Program-made: the position numbers and the translations under genes | DNA from: a virus | DNA length: 64,000 bases | Virus record (IMG/VR): IMGVR_UViG_3300020165_002937 | Reading direction: 5' to 3' (one strand) | Notes under the pieces: generated by a model | The model's input: only the letters and a program-made list of their open reading frames with translations | Told to the model about the DNA's origin: nothing | The model's database searches: none | Shown here: positions 1 through 10,316 of the stretch, in pieces | Layout: each line of letters begins with the position of its first letter | Numbering within the stretch: the first letter of the stretch is position 1

Positions 1-4
1 TGGC

Positions 5-1201
5 ATGTATACTGGCTCAGCCGACTTCTTAACCGGCGCCGCACTACAGGTAAATTACGTATATAAAAAGTTAGGCGGAGATGTAATAGATATTGAGCTT
101 ACACCAGCAAATGTGTACTCAGCATATGAAGAAGCTGTGCTTGAATATTCGTATATAGTAAATCTTCACCAAAGCAAGAATGTTTTATCTGATTACCTGG
201 GTAATGCTACAGGCACATTTGATCATCTGGGGAATATCAAATCTGGCTCCCTTTCCGCTAGTTTGGGCGGAACCCATGTTGAGTTGAAGACACCAAAAAT
301 GCATTTTTCAATTGCAAAAAGAGTGGGAGACGGCATGGCATCCATCAGTGGAATGGGAGGTAGCCAGAGGCAGTACTCAGCTTCGTTTGCCCCAGTGGAT
401 GATGTACAAGACTATGATCTCCAAACAATTGTAAAAACAGCATCTGACAGCGGTAAGGATGACGCCGGCCGGAATATTGGTTTTTCTGGCAAGGTTGAGA
501 ACAAAAGAATTATCGTAACAAAAGTGTTTTATAAATCACCAAGAGCTATGTGGAGGTTCTACGGATATTACGGAGGAGTCGGAGTTGTAGGAAACGGTTC
601 CACATACGGTCAATTTGCTGATGACTCGACATTTGAAGTAATACCTACGTGGCAAAATAAAATGCAAGCGATTATGTATGAAGATTCGCTTTTCACTAGA
701 ACCTCTCACTATTCATACGAAATTATAGCAAACCGCTTAAGACTGTACCCGTCACCTAGTGACTATTCCTTTGGTCCTGACGACAGGATCTTTTTTAAAT
801 TTTACGTAGAAGAAAATGCGTGGGAAGAGGCCGATTCGTTCGAATCAGGCGTCAACGGCATCAATAACATGAATACGCTGCCTTTCGGTAACATACCGTA
901 TAACAATATTAATTCGATTGGCAAACAATGGATTCGCAAATATGCATTGGCGCTTTGTAAAGAAATGCTAGGCCAAATCCGAGGTAAGTTTACCACAGTG
1001 CCAATCCCAGGAGAAAGTGTAACGTTAAACCACAGCGAATTGTTATCTCAAGCGAAAGAAGAACAGACTGAGCTTAAAGATAAATTAAGAGATATGCTTA
1101 AGGAAATGGAATACCCAGAACTCATGAAGAAGGACCAAGAAAAGGCAGACGCAGCAACCGCTACTCTAAAGAACTCCCCACTGCCAATTTTTGTAGGATA
1201 A
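5..1201 (+). CDS. Neck protein, T4 gp13-like (probably 5'-truncated by the window edge)
   Basis: C-terminal 'WIRKYALALCKEMLGQIRGKF..PG..VTLN...L.QAKEE' is typical of gp13-like neck proteins; lies upstream of the tail genes. Confidence 0.75.
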   Translation: MYTGSADFLTGAALQVNYVYKKLGGDVIDIELTPANVYSAYEEAVLEYSYIVNLHQSKNVLSDYLGNATGTFDHLGNIKSGSLSASLGGTHVELKTPKMHFSIAKRVGDGMASISGMGGSQRQYSASFAPVDDVQDYDLQTIVKTASDSGKDDAGRNIGFSGKVENKRIIVTKVFYKSPRAMWRFYGYYGGVGVVGNGSTYGQFADDSTFEVIPTWQNKMQAIMYEDSLFTRTSHYSYEIIANRLRLYPSPSDYSFGPDDRIFFKFYVEENAWEEADSFESGVNGINNMNTLPFGNIPYNNINSIGKQWIRKYALALCKEMLGQIRGKFTTVPIPGESVTLNHSELLSQAKEEQTELKDKLRDMLKEMEYPELMKKDQEKADAATATLKNSPLPIFVG

Positions 1202-1209
1202 ATTAAACA

Positions 1210-1698
1210 ATGTCGAATGAATGGAAAAAACCTGGCGCACCACCACCACCTTTATTTCTTGGAAAAAAAGAAAGAGACTTTGTAAAACAAATTAACGATG
1301 AGTTAATAGAAAAAGTAATTGGACAACAGATATTATACTATTCTATTGACCTAGCCACTACTAACTTTCATGAGTTATACGGGGAAGCTGTTGAAAAAAC
1401 GTTTTTGCCGCCTATAAGAGTATATGCCCTTGTCGAATATACCGACTTCTCTACCGATTACATGGAAGATGTAGGGATAGACAAGAGCTGGGAGGTTATG
1501 GTCCATTTTCACAAAAGAAGGTTGGAGGAAGATCAAGATCTGTATGTTAGAGAAGGTGATTTTGTTCTTTATAATGATAGTTACTATGAAATAGTCAAGC
1601 TTACCGAGCCTAAATTACTTTTTGGGCAAGCCGGACAAGATTTTGAGATAGCTGCCAGATGCAGAAGAGCGAGAAGAGGACTTTTTAATGCTTCCTGA
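1210..1698 (+). CDS. Neck/head-closure protein, gp14-like
   Basis: 'LYGEA..K.F..P.....VEY' and 'EGDFV' motifs; synteny after the gp13-like gene. Confidence 0.65.
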   Translation: MSNEWKKPGAPPPPLFLGKKERDFVKQINDELIEKVIGQQILYYSIDLATTNFHELYGEAVEKTFLPPIRVYALVEYTDFSTDYMEDVGIDKSWEVMVHFHKRRLEEDQDLYVREGDFVLYNDSYYEIVKLTEPKLLFGQAGQDFEIAARCRRARRGLFNAS

Positions 1699-2602
1699 TA
1701 ATTTTGACTTTGCGTTACTGCCAGTTGACGCATCTAAAGCAACCTTAAAAGAAATTGGAATGCTTTCTTCAACGATAGAGACTATCGACTATGCAATGGT
1801 GTCGTGGTTGAAAGAAGATTTAAAATTGTCGGCCGTAACTAATGAAGGCAACCGAAAAGTACCCGTTTTGTGGCAAACCCCCGAGCGCTCCTTCCAGATA
1901 AAAAACGCTAAAGAGTTGAGAGACGATGACGGCGCCTTAAAATTACCGGTCATTTCGATTCAAAGGACCGCAATGACGAAAGACCCCAATAGAAAAGGTG
2001 GATTTCAAGCGCATTTATATTCTAAAGATCAGAATGGGCGCGCCGGCAGGATAGTGATTGCAAAAAGAATAGTTGAGGACAAAACTAGAAATTTTGCAGT
2101 AGCCGGCAATACCCGAGTTGATCCGGGCGCCGTAGCCCCGAAACCAAGTTTGGCTTCGGGCAAGAAAAAACAAATGTGGTTCCCGAGAAAGAATAACAAA
2201 ATAGTAATACAGTCTTTATCAATCCCAATACCAGTTTATATAAATATAGACTACAAGATTGTGATGAAAACAGAATACCAACAGCAAATGAACGAACTGG
2301 TGGCACCCTTCATTGCGAGAACAGGACAAATAAACTCTTTTGTGTTAAAACGCGATGGCCACCTATACGAAGCGTTCATTGAACAAAATTTTGCACAAAG
2401 CAATAATGTGGCTAATCTAGGTGAGGATACACGCCTTTTCCAAACTGAAATAAATATAAAAGTCTTAGGGTATTTGATCGGCGAAGGAAAAAATGATGAC
2501 AGGCCCATTGTAAGGATAGATGAAAATGTTGTAGAAATCTCCTTTCCGCAAGAAATGGTGGCCCCTCCAGGCGACTGGAACTTCTTCGGCAATGTAAAAT
2601 GA
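1688..2602 (+). CDS. Tail terminator/sheath stabilizer, gp15-like
   Basis: 'VPVLWQTPER', 'LPVISIQRT', 'PVYINIDY'; directly before the sheath gene. Confidence 0.6.
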   Translation: MLPDNFDFALLPVDASKATLKEIGMLSSTIETIDYAMVSWLKEDLKLSAVTNEGNRKVPVLWQTPERSFQIKNAKELRDDDGALKLPVISIQRTAMTKDPNRKGGFQAHLYSKDQNGRAGRIVIAKRIVEDKTRNFAVAGNTRVDPGAVAPKPSLASGKKKQMWFPRKNNKIVIQSLSIPIPVYINIDYKIVMKTEYQQQMNELVAPFIARTGQINSFVLKRDGHLYEAFIEQNFAQSNNVANLGEDTRLFQTEINIKVLGYLIGEGKNDDRPIVRIDENVVEISFPQEMVAPPGDWNFFGNVK

Positions 2603-2666
2603 TGCTTCCCGAGAGGAAAGCTATAACTTTTTATTAGTTCCTGAACAGCCTTTTGAGTTTAAAAAC

Positions 2667-2674
2667 ACTATTTA
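2667..2674 (+). promoter_or_regulatory. Putative late promoter motif ACTATTTA
   Basis: (A/C)CTANTTA recurs upstream of structural genes (also 5824, 7613, 28057, 40288, 48750, 52264, 53085, 54522). Confidence 0.55.
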
Positions 2675-2724
2675 ATGTATGATTGCAGCATCACACATCT
2701 AATTTATTGAGGGGAAGTTAAAAC

Positions 2725-5700
2725 ATGTCAGTCAAAAAATTCAAATTCGTATCTCCTGGAGTGTTTATCAATGAAATTGATAACTCCTTTATACCAAAGT
2801 CCGCGGACTCTATTGGTCCAGTTGTCATTGGTCGCTCTGCACGCGGCTTAGCGATGACCCCAACAAAGGTTGAGTCTTACTCACAATTCATTGAATTGTT
2901 CGGCGATACCGTTCCTGGTAACGGCGGCGGCGATATCTATCGTTACGGCAACCATCAATCACCGATGTATGGTACTTATGCTGCGAAAGCTTTCCTGCGC
3001 GCAAACGTTGCACCGCTTACTTATATTAGGCTTTTAGGTCAGCAGACTTCTGCTGGTTCCGCAGCCGGCGGCGATGCCGCAGCAGGTTATAAGACAACGC
3101 AGAACTTAGGAACTGCCGTGGCCTCCAAGTCTAGCGCAAATGGTGGTGCATATGGTCTTTTTGTGGCCAAGTCAGGATCTTCCATGGACCTTGTCGGAGA
3201 GGCCTCCGGTGCGCTCCACTTGGCAGCAGTTTTCTACGTGAACACTGGCTCGGTCCAACTTCAAGGTACTTTGCGTCAAGGTAATGATGCCGGCGCCGGC
3301 GGTACGTCTTCCGTTGGTCAAGTTGTACAAGCTGCAGGCGCCGTTGTATCGATGGGCTCTGATGGCTTATTCACATTAATTGTTAGTGGCTCAAACAAGG
3401 GCAACCGAAAGATTAAGTTCAACTTTGATGACTCCAGTGACAAATTTATTCGTCGCCGCGTGAACACAAACCCGCAGCTACTCTCAACAGCTGGAACTTT
3501 CTATCCGCAATCAGCGGCCGACGATATTGTTTTGGGCGAATCTTTTGAGCAAGAGCTTCGTGATCGTAGCTTGGCTACATCAACTACTCTTCACGGAGTT
3601 GTTCTTGGTCTCGCTCTGAGCGGTACCGCGGCTACTGGTCCTCATAATCTCGAAGGCCAAGCGTCAACAGAAGCCAGATCCGGCTGGATTATTGGTCAAG
3701 AAATTGATGGAGTCACTACTGACTTTCAACCACAAGCTCAACAAAAGCTTTTCCGTTTTAAAGGCCGTGGCCATGGCGGATGGTTGCATAAGAACATAAA
3801 GATATCCATAACGAATATCAGAAAGTCTAATACAACCACTACAGACTACGGAACGTTTACAATATTGCTTCGCGATATTAACGATACCGATAATAATGTT
3901 ACTGTTATGGAAAGATTCGACAATTGCAGTCTTGATCCCAAATCTCCAAATTATATTGCCCGAGTAATCGGCGACAAATATGTCGAATGGGACGCTAACG
4001 AGCGCAGACTTAAAGAATACGGTAACTATGCCAACCAGTCGAAATATATCTGGGTTGACATGAATGATAAAACTGATCAAGGTGGAACTGAACCTTCACT
4101 CCTCCCATTCGGCTACTTCGGACCTCCCAAGTTTAGAAACTTGCTGAACGCCAAAGATGCCAGTGATTTTGAAAACTCATTTATTATCAACGCACAAGGC
4201 TTGAGCGGTAGCGGTAACGTCGCCGGCTGTACAGCTATGAGTGGCGCTGGCGCTGTTGGCCAGGCGCCCACGGCCCAAGGCCATAGATATGCGATTAACG
4301 TCGGCGGGGGGTCGGTCAAATTGGGCCGTACCGCCACTGACGGCCTTTCCTTCATTCCTATGCAAGCAGCCACAGCCTCGCTGTTCTTCCCTAAAGATCG
4401 CTTGCGGGTGTCAGCCAGTGCTGGCGGACAATCAGATCCAACCGACTCTTACTTTGGTTTCTCAACTACGAGGACAAGTGGGTCCACTCGCGCTGATGCA
4501 AGTGTCCTTGATACTCACAACTTGTTATACGGCGGCTTTCCAGATGATATTACATCGGCCAACGGTACACCAGAGCTAAACCCAACTGCATACCCGGGCA
4601 TTGATGCTTATTCATATGTATTCAGTCTTAATGATGTTGTTCTCGACGTTAACGGCAACTACTACTACGAGTCTGGTTCCCGTGACAATACTGATGGCAC
4701 TAACGCCAATAGAGCCAAAGGCTCCGTGACCTCAGCTTCAATTGATGGATTACTGAACGCAGGATACGGTAATTTCACAACACCACTGTACGGCGGTTTT
4801 GATGGATTTGATATCTTCAAACCAGATCCACTTTATAACAAAGCTATGGGGGCCTCAGCTACCGAAGATACGAGCTACGTGTTTCACACATACCGTAGAG
4901 CGATTGACACGGTTTCTGATCCAGAAGTTACTGATATGAATATCTTGACAATCCCGGGCCTCACAAATAACTCATTGACTGAGCACGCAATCAATGTTTG
5001 CGAAGCTCGTGGAGATGCAATGGCACTCATCGATCTTCCAAGCGTATACGTACCAAATCATGAGGAATACAACGCGGATAAATCGTCAGCAATTCAAACT
5101 ACGCCAGTAAGAGCAGCTGAGGCTCTCAGAACCCGCAGGATTGACTCAAGCTACGGTGCCACATTCTACCCATGGGTGCAGACCCGCGATGATAACACAG
5201 GCGCCAACGTTTGGATTCCGCCTACCGTAGCGATGCTCGGTGTGCTAGCTAGCTCGCAAGCCAAAACAGATGTATGGTTTGCTCCAGCAGGCTTCAACCG
5301 CGGCGGCTTAACTGACGGTGCGGCTGGAATTTCAGTTATCGGAGTAACCGAGAAGCTTACAAGCAAACAACGTGACACGTTATATGATAGCAACATCAAT
5401 CCAATCGCTTCATTCCCATCAACTGGAATTGTAGTGTTCGGCCAAAAGACACTCCAAGAGCGCCAAAGCGCACTTGATAGAATCAACGTCCGTAGATTGG
5501 TAATTTACTTGAAGAAACAAATCTCGATTATATCCTCACAGGTACTTTTTGAGCAAAATGTACAGTCAACTTGGAATCGATTCAAGTCGCTGGTTGAGCC
5601 ATTCCTCGCGAATGTCAAGGTCCAGTTCGGTATCACTGATTACCGTCTGATCCTCGATGAGTCAACTACGACGCCGGACCTCATTGACCAAAATATCCTC

Positions 5701-5793
5701 TATGCGAAGATTATGGTCAAGCCAGCCCGCGCAATCGAATTCATAGCTATCGACTTCGTGATCGCATCCTCTGGTGCATCATTCGATGATTAA
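2725..5793 (+). CDS. Contractile tail sheath protein (gp18-like) with large insertions
   Basis: N-terminal 'FVSPGVFINEID'; C-terminal 'WFAPAGFNRG', 'INPIASFP..GIVVFGQKTL', 'DRINVRRL', 'KPARAIEFI'. Confidence 0.95.
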   Translation: MSVKKFKFVSPGVFINEIDNSFIPKSADSIGPVVIGRSARGLAMTPTKVESYSQFIELFGDTVPGNGGGDIYRYGNHQSPMYGTYAAKAFLRANVAPLTYIRLLGQQTSAGSAAGGDAAAGYKTTQNLGTAVASKSSANGGAYGLFVAKSGSSMDLVGEASGALHLAAVFYVNTGSVQLQGTLRQGNDAGAGGTSSVGQVVQAAGAVVSMGSDGLFTLIVSGSNKGNRKIKFNFDDSSDKFIRRRVNTNPQLLSTAGTFYPQSAADDIVLGESFEQELRDRSLATSTTLHGVVLGLALSGTAATGPHNLEGQASTEARSGWIIGQEIDGVTTDFQPQAQQKLFRFKGRGHGGWLHKNIKISITNIRKSNTTTTDYGTFTILLRDINDTDNNVTVMERFDNCSLDPKSPNYIARVIGDKYVEWDANERRLKEYGNYANQSKYIWVDMNDKTDQGGTEPSLLPFGYFGPPKFRNLLNAKDASDFENSFIINAQGLSGSGNVAGCTAMSGAGAVGQAPTAQGHRYAINVGGGSVKLGRTATDGLSFIPMQAATASLFFPKDRLRVSASAGGQSDPTDSYFGFSTTRTSGSTRADASVLDTHNLLYGGFPDDITSANGTPELNPTAYPGIDAYSYVFSLNDVVLDVNGNYYYESGSRDNTDGTNANRAKGSVTSASIDGLLNAGYGNFTTPLYGGFDGFDIFKPDPLYNKAMGASATEDTSYVFHTYRRAIDTVSDPEVTDMNILTIPGLTNNSLTEHAINVCEARGDAMALIDLPSVYVPNHEEYNADKSSAIQTTPVRAAEALRTRRIDSSYGATFYPWVQTRDDNTGANVWIPPTVAMLGVLASSQAKTDVWFAPAGFNRGGLTDGAAGISVIGVTEKLTSKQRDTLYDSNINPIASFPSTGIVVFGQKTLQERQSALDRINVRRLVIYLKKQISIISSQVLFEQNVQSTWNRFKSLVEPFLANVKVQFGITDYRLILDESTTTPDLIDQNILYAKIMVKPARAIEFIAIDFVIASSGASFDD

Positions 5794-5823
5794 AAAAGTC
5801 GCGGTGGATTTTTCCTCCGCGCA

Positions 5824-5831
5824 ACTACTTA
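5824..5831 (+). promoter_or_regulatory. Putative late promoter motif ACTACTTA
   Basis: Matches the recurrent motif; follows a GC hairpin and precedes the tail tube gene. Confidence 0.55.
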
Positions 5832-5864
5832 AAAATAGGAAATACTAACAGGAGTACCTAAGCC

Positions 5865-6452
5865 ATGCCATTCTGGTCAACAGATTTTAGTCAAGACACA
5901 ACTTTAAAAGATCCGAAAAGAAAATTCAGATTTACAGTCGAATTTCAAGGGATTGACTCACCTATCGGCGGAGCTACCGTTTGGTATGCCAAGACCGTTA
6001 CGAAGCCCTCATTTCAGATCGCCTCTTCGGAGCATAAATTCTTAAATCATACATTTTACTATCCAGGTTCCGTTACTTGGCAAGACGTATCATTAACCCT
6101 TGTTGACCCAGTTGATCCAGATGCGACTGCAACTTTCTCTGATATTATAGTACAATCAGGGTATTCCCCGCCAACCGACACAAACTCTTTAGGCACAATG
6201 TCTAAAGCAAAAGCTGCCGGCGCGCTTGGAACTATTATTATTACTCAAATTGATGCTGAAGGAGCACCGCTTGAAACTTGGACACTCTGGAACTCGTTTA
6301 TTACTGAAATCAAATATGGAGATTTGGCATACGGTGATGACGAATTGGTCGAAATGGGCGTTACAATCAAATATGATTGGGCTCGCGTTGAGACTGCTAG
6401 ACCATCCTCGTCAGTTAATGGAACTCAGGGCAACGAATTCTTTAGAGTATAA
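5865..6452 (+). CDS. Tail tube protein (gp19-like)
   Basis: 'PKRKFRF', 'YYPGSVTWQDVSLTLVDPV', 'ETWTLWNSF', 'YGDLAY', 'IKYDWA'; follows the sheath gene. Confidence 0.9.
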   Translation: MPFWSTDFSQDTTLKDPKRKFRFTVEFQGIDSPIGGATVWYAKTVTKPSFQIASSEHKFLNHTFYYPGSVTWQDVSLTLVDPVDPDATATFSDIIVQSGYSPPTDTNSLGTMSKAKAAGALGTIIITQIDAEGAPLETWTLWNSFITEIKYGDLAYGDDELVEMGVTIKYDWARVETARPSSSVNGTQGNEFFRV

Positions 6453-6485
6453 TAAAACTAGACAAAACAAAACGAGAGGTGTAAA

Positions 6486-7343
6486 TTGTCGAGAAACAAT
6501 AATGATCGCTTAGGCGCTCATCAACAAGATACTAGCCCGGCACCTTCACAAGTTATGCAAAATGATTCCCCAGGGTTTTCATTTGTCGTGCCGAGCGAGT
6601 TTGTGGATTTGCCTACCGGTGGCCGCTACTACCCAGAAGGTCATCCGCTCCACAAGCAAAGTAGTATAGAAATCAAACAGATGACAGCGAAAGAGGAGGA
6701 TATGTTAACTTCCCAGACACTGTTAAGAAAAGGCATCGCGCTTGAGCGAGTGCTCTCTAGCTTGATCATGGATAAGAACATTAGCACCGATACCTTGTAT
6801 GTTGCAGATAAAAATGCAATTATTATAGCAACTAGGATATCAGGTTATGGCAGTGACTATAACACAACGGTGGGTTGCCCTGCATGTGGTGAAAGTCAAA
6901 AGTACTCGTTTGACCTAAGAAATGCTAAAGTATACACTGGCGATGACTGTGATGTTTTGGGCGTTAATAATAACGAAAACGGGACTTTTAATGTTACACT
7001 ACCAAAAACTAAAGTTGACGTGACATTTAGGCTTCTAACTGGTCACGATGAAAAACTTCTGGTAAACGGAATGGAAAAAGACAAAAAGTCCAAATCACAC
7101 GAAAGAAATGTCACGAGACAGATTGCTTTCATGGTATTGGCAGTTAACGGAGATTCATCGACGGAAGCAATTCAATATTTTGTTGAAAACATCCCCGCCA
7201 TTGATGCCAGGCACCTAAGAGCAGCCTATAAAGCCGCATCACCAAATATCGATATGACTCAGAGCTTTGTTTGTGGAGAGTGCGATCACGAACAGGAAAT
7301 GGAGGTGCCGCTTAACGCGGACTTTTTTTGGCCTGACCAATGA
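6486..7343 (+). CDS. gp26-like baseplate hub assembly/tail assembly chaperone
   Basis: 'VDLPTGGRYY', 'MTAKEEDML', two CxxC pairs, ends 'DFFWP'. Confidence 0.75.
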   Translation: MSRNNNDRLGAHQQDTSPAPSQVMQNDSPGFSFVVPSEFVDLPTGGRYYPEGHPLHKQSSIEIKQMTAKEEDMLTSQTLLRKGIALERVLSSLIMDKNISTDTLYVADKNAIIIATRISGYGSDYNTTVGCPACGESQKYSFDLRNAKVYTGDDCDVLGVNNNENGTFNVTLPKTKVDVTFRLLTGHDEKLLVNGMEKDKKSKSHERNVTRQIAFMVLAVNGDSSTEAIQYFVENIPAIDARHLRAAYKAASPNIDMTQSFVCGECDHEQEMEVPLNADFFWPDQ

Positions 7344-7347
7344 ATAC

Positions 7348-7581
7348 ATGGAAAACGTGTATGAGCAGTTCTTCTTTTTAAAATATTCTGGCGGTTGGTC
7401 CTTCTCAGAGGCATATAATTTGCCAGTTGGGCTAAGAAAATGGTTTGTTGAAAGACTGATCAAACAATTGGAAGATGAAAAAGAAGCAATCGAAAAAGCA
7501 CAGAAAGGGGGCGGCCGCGGCTCGCAAGTCTTATCTGAGGCTAACCAGCCACAGTTGCCCTCCCAATTCGAGAATATCTAA
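7348..7581 (+). CDS. gp51-like small chaperone; possibly the frameshift extension of the upstream gene
   Basis: 'EQFFFLKYSGGWSFSEAYNLPVGLRKWFVERL'; the frame stays open upstream through the T7 run at 7323-7329. Confidence 0.65.
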   Translation: MENVYEQFFFLKYSGGWSFSEAYNLPVGLRKWFVERLIKQLEDEKEAIEKAQKGGGRGSQVLSEANQPQLPSQFENI

Positions 7582-7604
7582 AGACGGCCCAAGCCGTCTT
7601 TTTT
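7580..7604 (+). terminator. Intrinsic terminator
   Basis: AAAGACGGC-CCAA-GCCGTCTTT followed by a T run. Confidence 0.8.
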
Positions 7605-7639
7605 CTTGTGTAACTAATTAATCTTAGAGCACGAATATC

Positions 7640-10261
7640 GTGCAGGAGAAATACACCTTGGCTGATGGCGTAAAATACACCAAAGAAGATTTACAGATCC
7701 AAGAAGAGATCATTGAAGGCTTAAGGGAGATACAAAGGCTTCAAAGAGCTAACAAGGATCTCAACGACGAACAAAAAGCTTTACTAGCCGCTGCAGCTCG
7801 CGAACATGGTAACATCAAAGATGCAATATCAGACCAGCGCTCTATAACCCAAGACATGATCCGCCAACGTAGGAATTCAAAAGCTGCGTTGTTTGAAGAA
7901 TTGGAAGTATTAAAACAGCAACTATCAGCTTATCAAAGCATAAATACAAGCGGCAGGTATAGGCAAGAAGTTTTAGATGCACAATTGGCCGTTGAACAGA
8001 AAAAACTACAAATTCTACTTGAAACTAGAGATCTCACAGATGACGAAGTTTTAAAACAAAAAGAAAAAGTTGATCTGCTCAGAAAGCAAAATGAGGCTTA
8101 TAAAGAACAATTAGCCGTTGCAAAAGAAATTGGAAAAACTCTTGGAACAGTATTTGCCGTATATGAAAAGAACAAATTCTTTAATGTCGACAATGCAAAA
8201 AAATTAGCCAAAGCATTCGCCGGCGGTAGAGTTGCATTACAAGGTATGGCCAAAGCATTAGCCGCTAGCGCAATAACATCGTATCTTGATTCAGTGGTCG
8301 GGCTCGTTTTTGAACTTGAAAAAGCAGAAGCAGGGTTTATTAAAACTACTGGTGCATCTAGGGAATTTGCCAAGTCTGTTCGCGGCCAGTACGAAGACCT
8401 GCGAGGACTAGGCGTGCAAATAGCCGAAGTTACCGGTGCGAATGCTGCGCTTTATTCTACATTTACAGATTTTACAACCTTAAGTCCAACCACCAGAGAT
8501 GAGATTGGCAAAATTGGAGCACTGTTAGGGCGCCGTGGTGTCGATTTCCAAGACTTTGCAGCCGGCATACAGCAAACCAACAAGGCCTTCGGTCAAACGG
8601 GCCCAGAAGCCGCTCAGACGGCCATGCAGCTTGAAGCTTTGGCGTCCAAGTTACAGATACCACCCCAAATGATGGCAAAAGAGTTTCAAGCCTCTAGCGG
8701 GGCTTTAGCTAAACTAGGTAAAGACGGCCCAATAGCATTTGCTCGACTTGCCTTTGCCTTTAAGAAAACCGGCCTTGAGATCAACAAGATAATCAAAATA
8801 TCTGAGGCTTTTGACACGTTTGACGGCGCCGCAACCCAGGCAGGCAAGCTGAATGCTGCTTTGGGCGGAAATTTTGTTAATGCTATGGATCTTATGATGG
8901 CAACTGATCCGGTCGAGCGCTTTGAGATGATCAGGGACTCTCTATCGAGCGCTGGTCTTGAGTTCGACACAATGGGCTACTACCAAAGAAAATTTATTGC
9001 TGAATCAGTTGGTCTTGACGGACCTAACGAGCTTGCGATGCTGATGTCAGGCAATTTAGAAGGCCTTGCAGACTCAGCAAAACTAAGTCAAGCTGAAATT
9101 GTAGACTTAGAAAAAAGAGCAGCTGAAGCTACAGCAGTTCAAGAAAAGTTTAACGGCGCTATGCGCAGCATGATTGTGGTGTTAGAGCCGGCCATCGATT
9201 TGCTTCAAAGATTCGGCGACTTTTTGACCGAAAATAAATGGTTTGCATCCGGCTTAGGTTATGTAATTGGTGCCCTCGTCGTAGGCTTCTTGGCTTATAA
9301 AGCAGTAATGCTGTCTTTAATCGTCGTAGAAGCTTTGAAGGCCGTTGGTTCGATTTTCCTTGCCGGCGCCGAAAAAACAAAAAACGAAGTAACCAAAGAA
9401 TCACTGCTTTTGTCGAATGCACAAGCGGTAGCTTTGGCTAAGCTAACGCCGCTCATGCTTGCTTTTGGATTCGCAGTCCTCATGGTTGGCGCCGGCATCG
9501 GACTTGCTGCCGTTGGCTTGGCTGTCTTAGTTGTATCCTTCAAAGATCTGGGTGACGCTGCTTGGCCTGCTGCAGCGGGCATAGTTGGATTTACTTTGGC
9601 ATTTGCGGGCTTGATGGCGTTGTTAGTCGGCTTGACCGCTGGACCGCAGGCAGGCGTCACAGCCCTCGCGGTCGGTGTCTTGCTATCTATTGGCGCCGCG
9701 GCCCTGATGATCGGTAAGGGAATCGAAATGGCAGCAAACGGTTTCGATACATTTAACACAGCGCTCAATAACATAGATACTACGAACATGATAAATCTTT
9801 TAACAGAGTTCGACAAGTTTAGCAATACAATAGGCAACATGGTCAAGATAGCGAACGCTATCGACAATATATCAGACTCTATGGATGACTTGAATACAAG
9901 TAAAACTATAGCTCTAACAAGACTAATTAAGACAGTGCAGGTTGGCTCACCTGAAATGATGGAGACAGCAGCCGGCGTCGAGACCATAGCGACTTCGCGT
10001 GTTGCGGCACAAACTGCCATAGACACTGAGGCAATTGCCGAGATAGCTTCAGCCGCGGCAGTTGTTGCGGTGAATCAAGCGAAGAAAGGCTCAGATGCGA
10101 GCACCGGAGGCTACAGATCAACACCTAATCGTCCCGCCGCAAATATAGTAGTTGAGAATGTTTTCCAAGTTGACGGGAAAGAAATCAAGAGAATCCGCGA
10201 TAAATCTTTAGGCGAACAAATTGCGGCCGCAGTCATGGGTCAGGCACCCCCTGCAGGTTAA
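7640..10261 (+). CDS. Tape measure protein
   Basis: Long Ala/Gly-rich helical protein with hydrophobic segments, located after the tube and chaperone genes. Confidence 0.85.
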   Translation: MQEKYTLADGVKYTKEDLQIQEEIIEGLREIQRLQRANKDLNDEQKALLAAAAREHGNIKDAISDQRSITQDMIRQRRNSKAALFEELEVLKQQLSAYQSINTSGRYRQEVLDAQLAVEQKKLQILLETRDLTDDEVLKQKEKVDLLRKQNEAYKEQLAVAKEIGKTLGTVFAVYEKNKFFNVDNAKKLAKAFAGGRVALQGMAKALAASAITSYLDSVVGLVFELEKAEAGFIKTTGASREFAKSVRGQYEDLRGLGVQIAEVTGANAALYSTFTDFTTLSPTTRDEIGKIGALLGRRGVDFQDFAAGIQQTNKAFGQTGPEAAQTAMQLEALASKLQIPPQMMAKEFQASSGALAKLGKDGPIAFARLAFAFKKTGLEINKIIKISEAFDTFDGAATQAGKLNAALGGNFVNAMDLMMATDPVERFEMIRDSLSSAGLEFDTMGYYQRKFIAESVGLDGPNELAMLMSGNLEGLADSAKLSQAEIVDLEKRAAEATAVQEKFNGAMRSMIVVLEPAIDLLQRFGDFLTENKWFASGLGYVIGALVVGFLAYKAVMLSLIVVEALKAVGSIFLAGAEKTKNEVTKESLLLSNAQAVALAKLTPLMLAFGFAVLMVGAGIGLAAVGLAVLVVSFKDLGDAAWPAAAGIVGFTLAFAGLMALLVGLTAGPQAGVTALAVGVLLSIGAAALMIGKGIEMAANGFDTFNTALNNIDTTNMINLLTEFDKFSNTIGNMVKIANAIDNISDSMDDLNTSKTIALTRLIKTVQVGSPEMMETAAGVETIATSRVAAQTAIDTEAIAEIASAAAVVAVNQAKKGSDASTGGYRSTPNRPAANIVVENVFQVDGKEIKRIRDKSLGEQIAAAVMGQAPPAG

Positions 10262-10316
10262 TATTAGACCAAAAAGTTTTGGAAATGCATACTTACAAGA
10301 AAGGAACATAGAATAA

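Noticed and set aside
9295-10026. 243-aa minus-strand ORF and the other antisense ORFs in the track
   Set aside because: They are shadows of well-supported + strand genes, with no motifs or RBS
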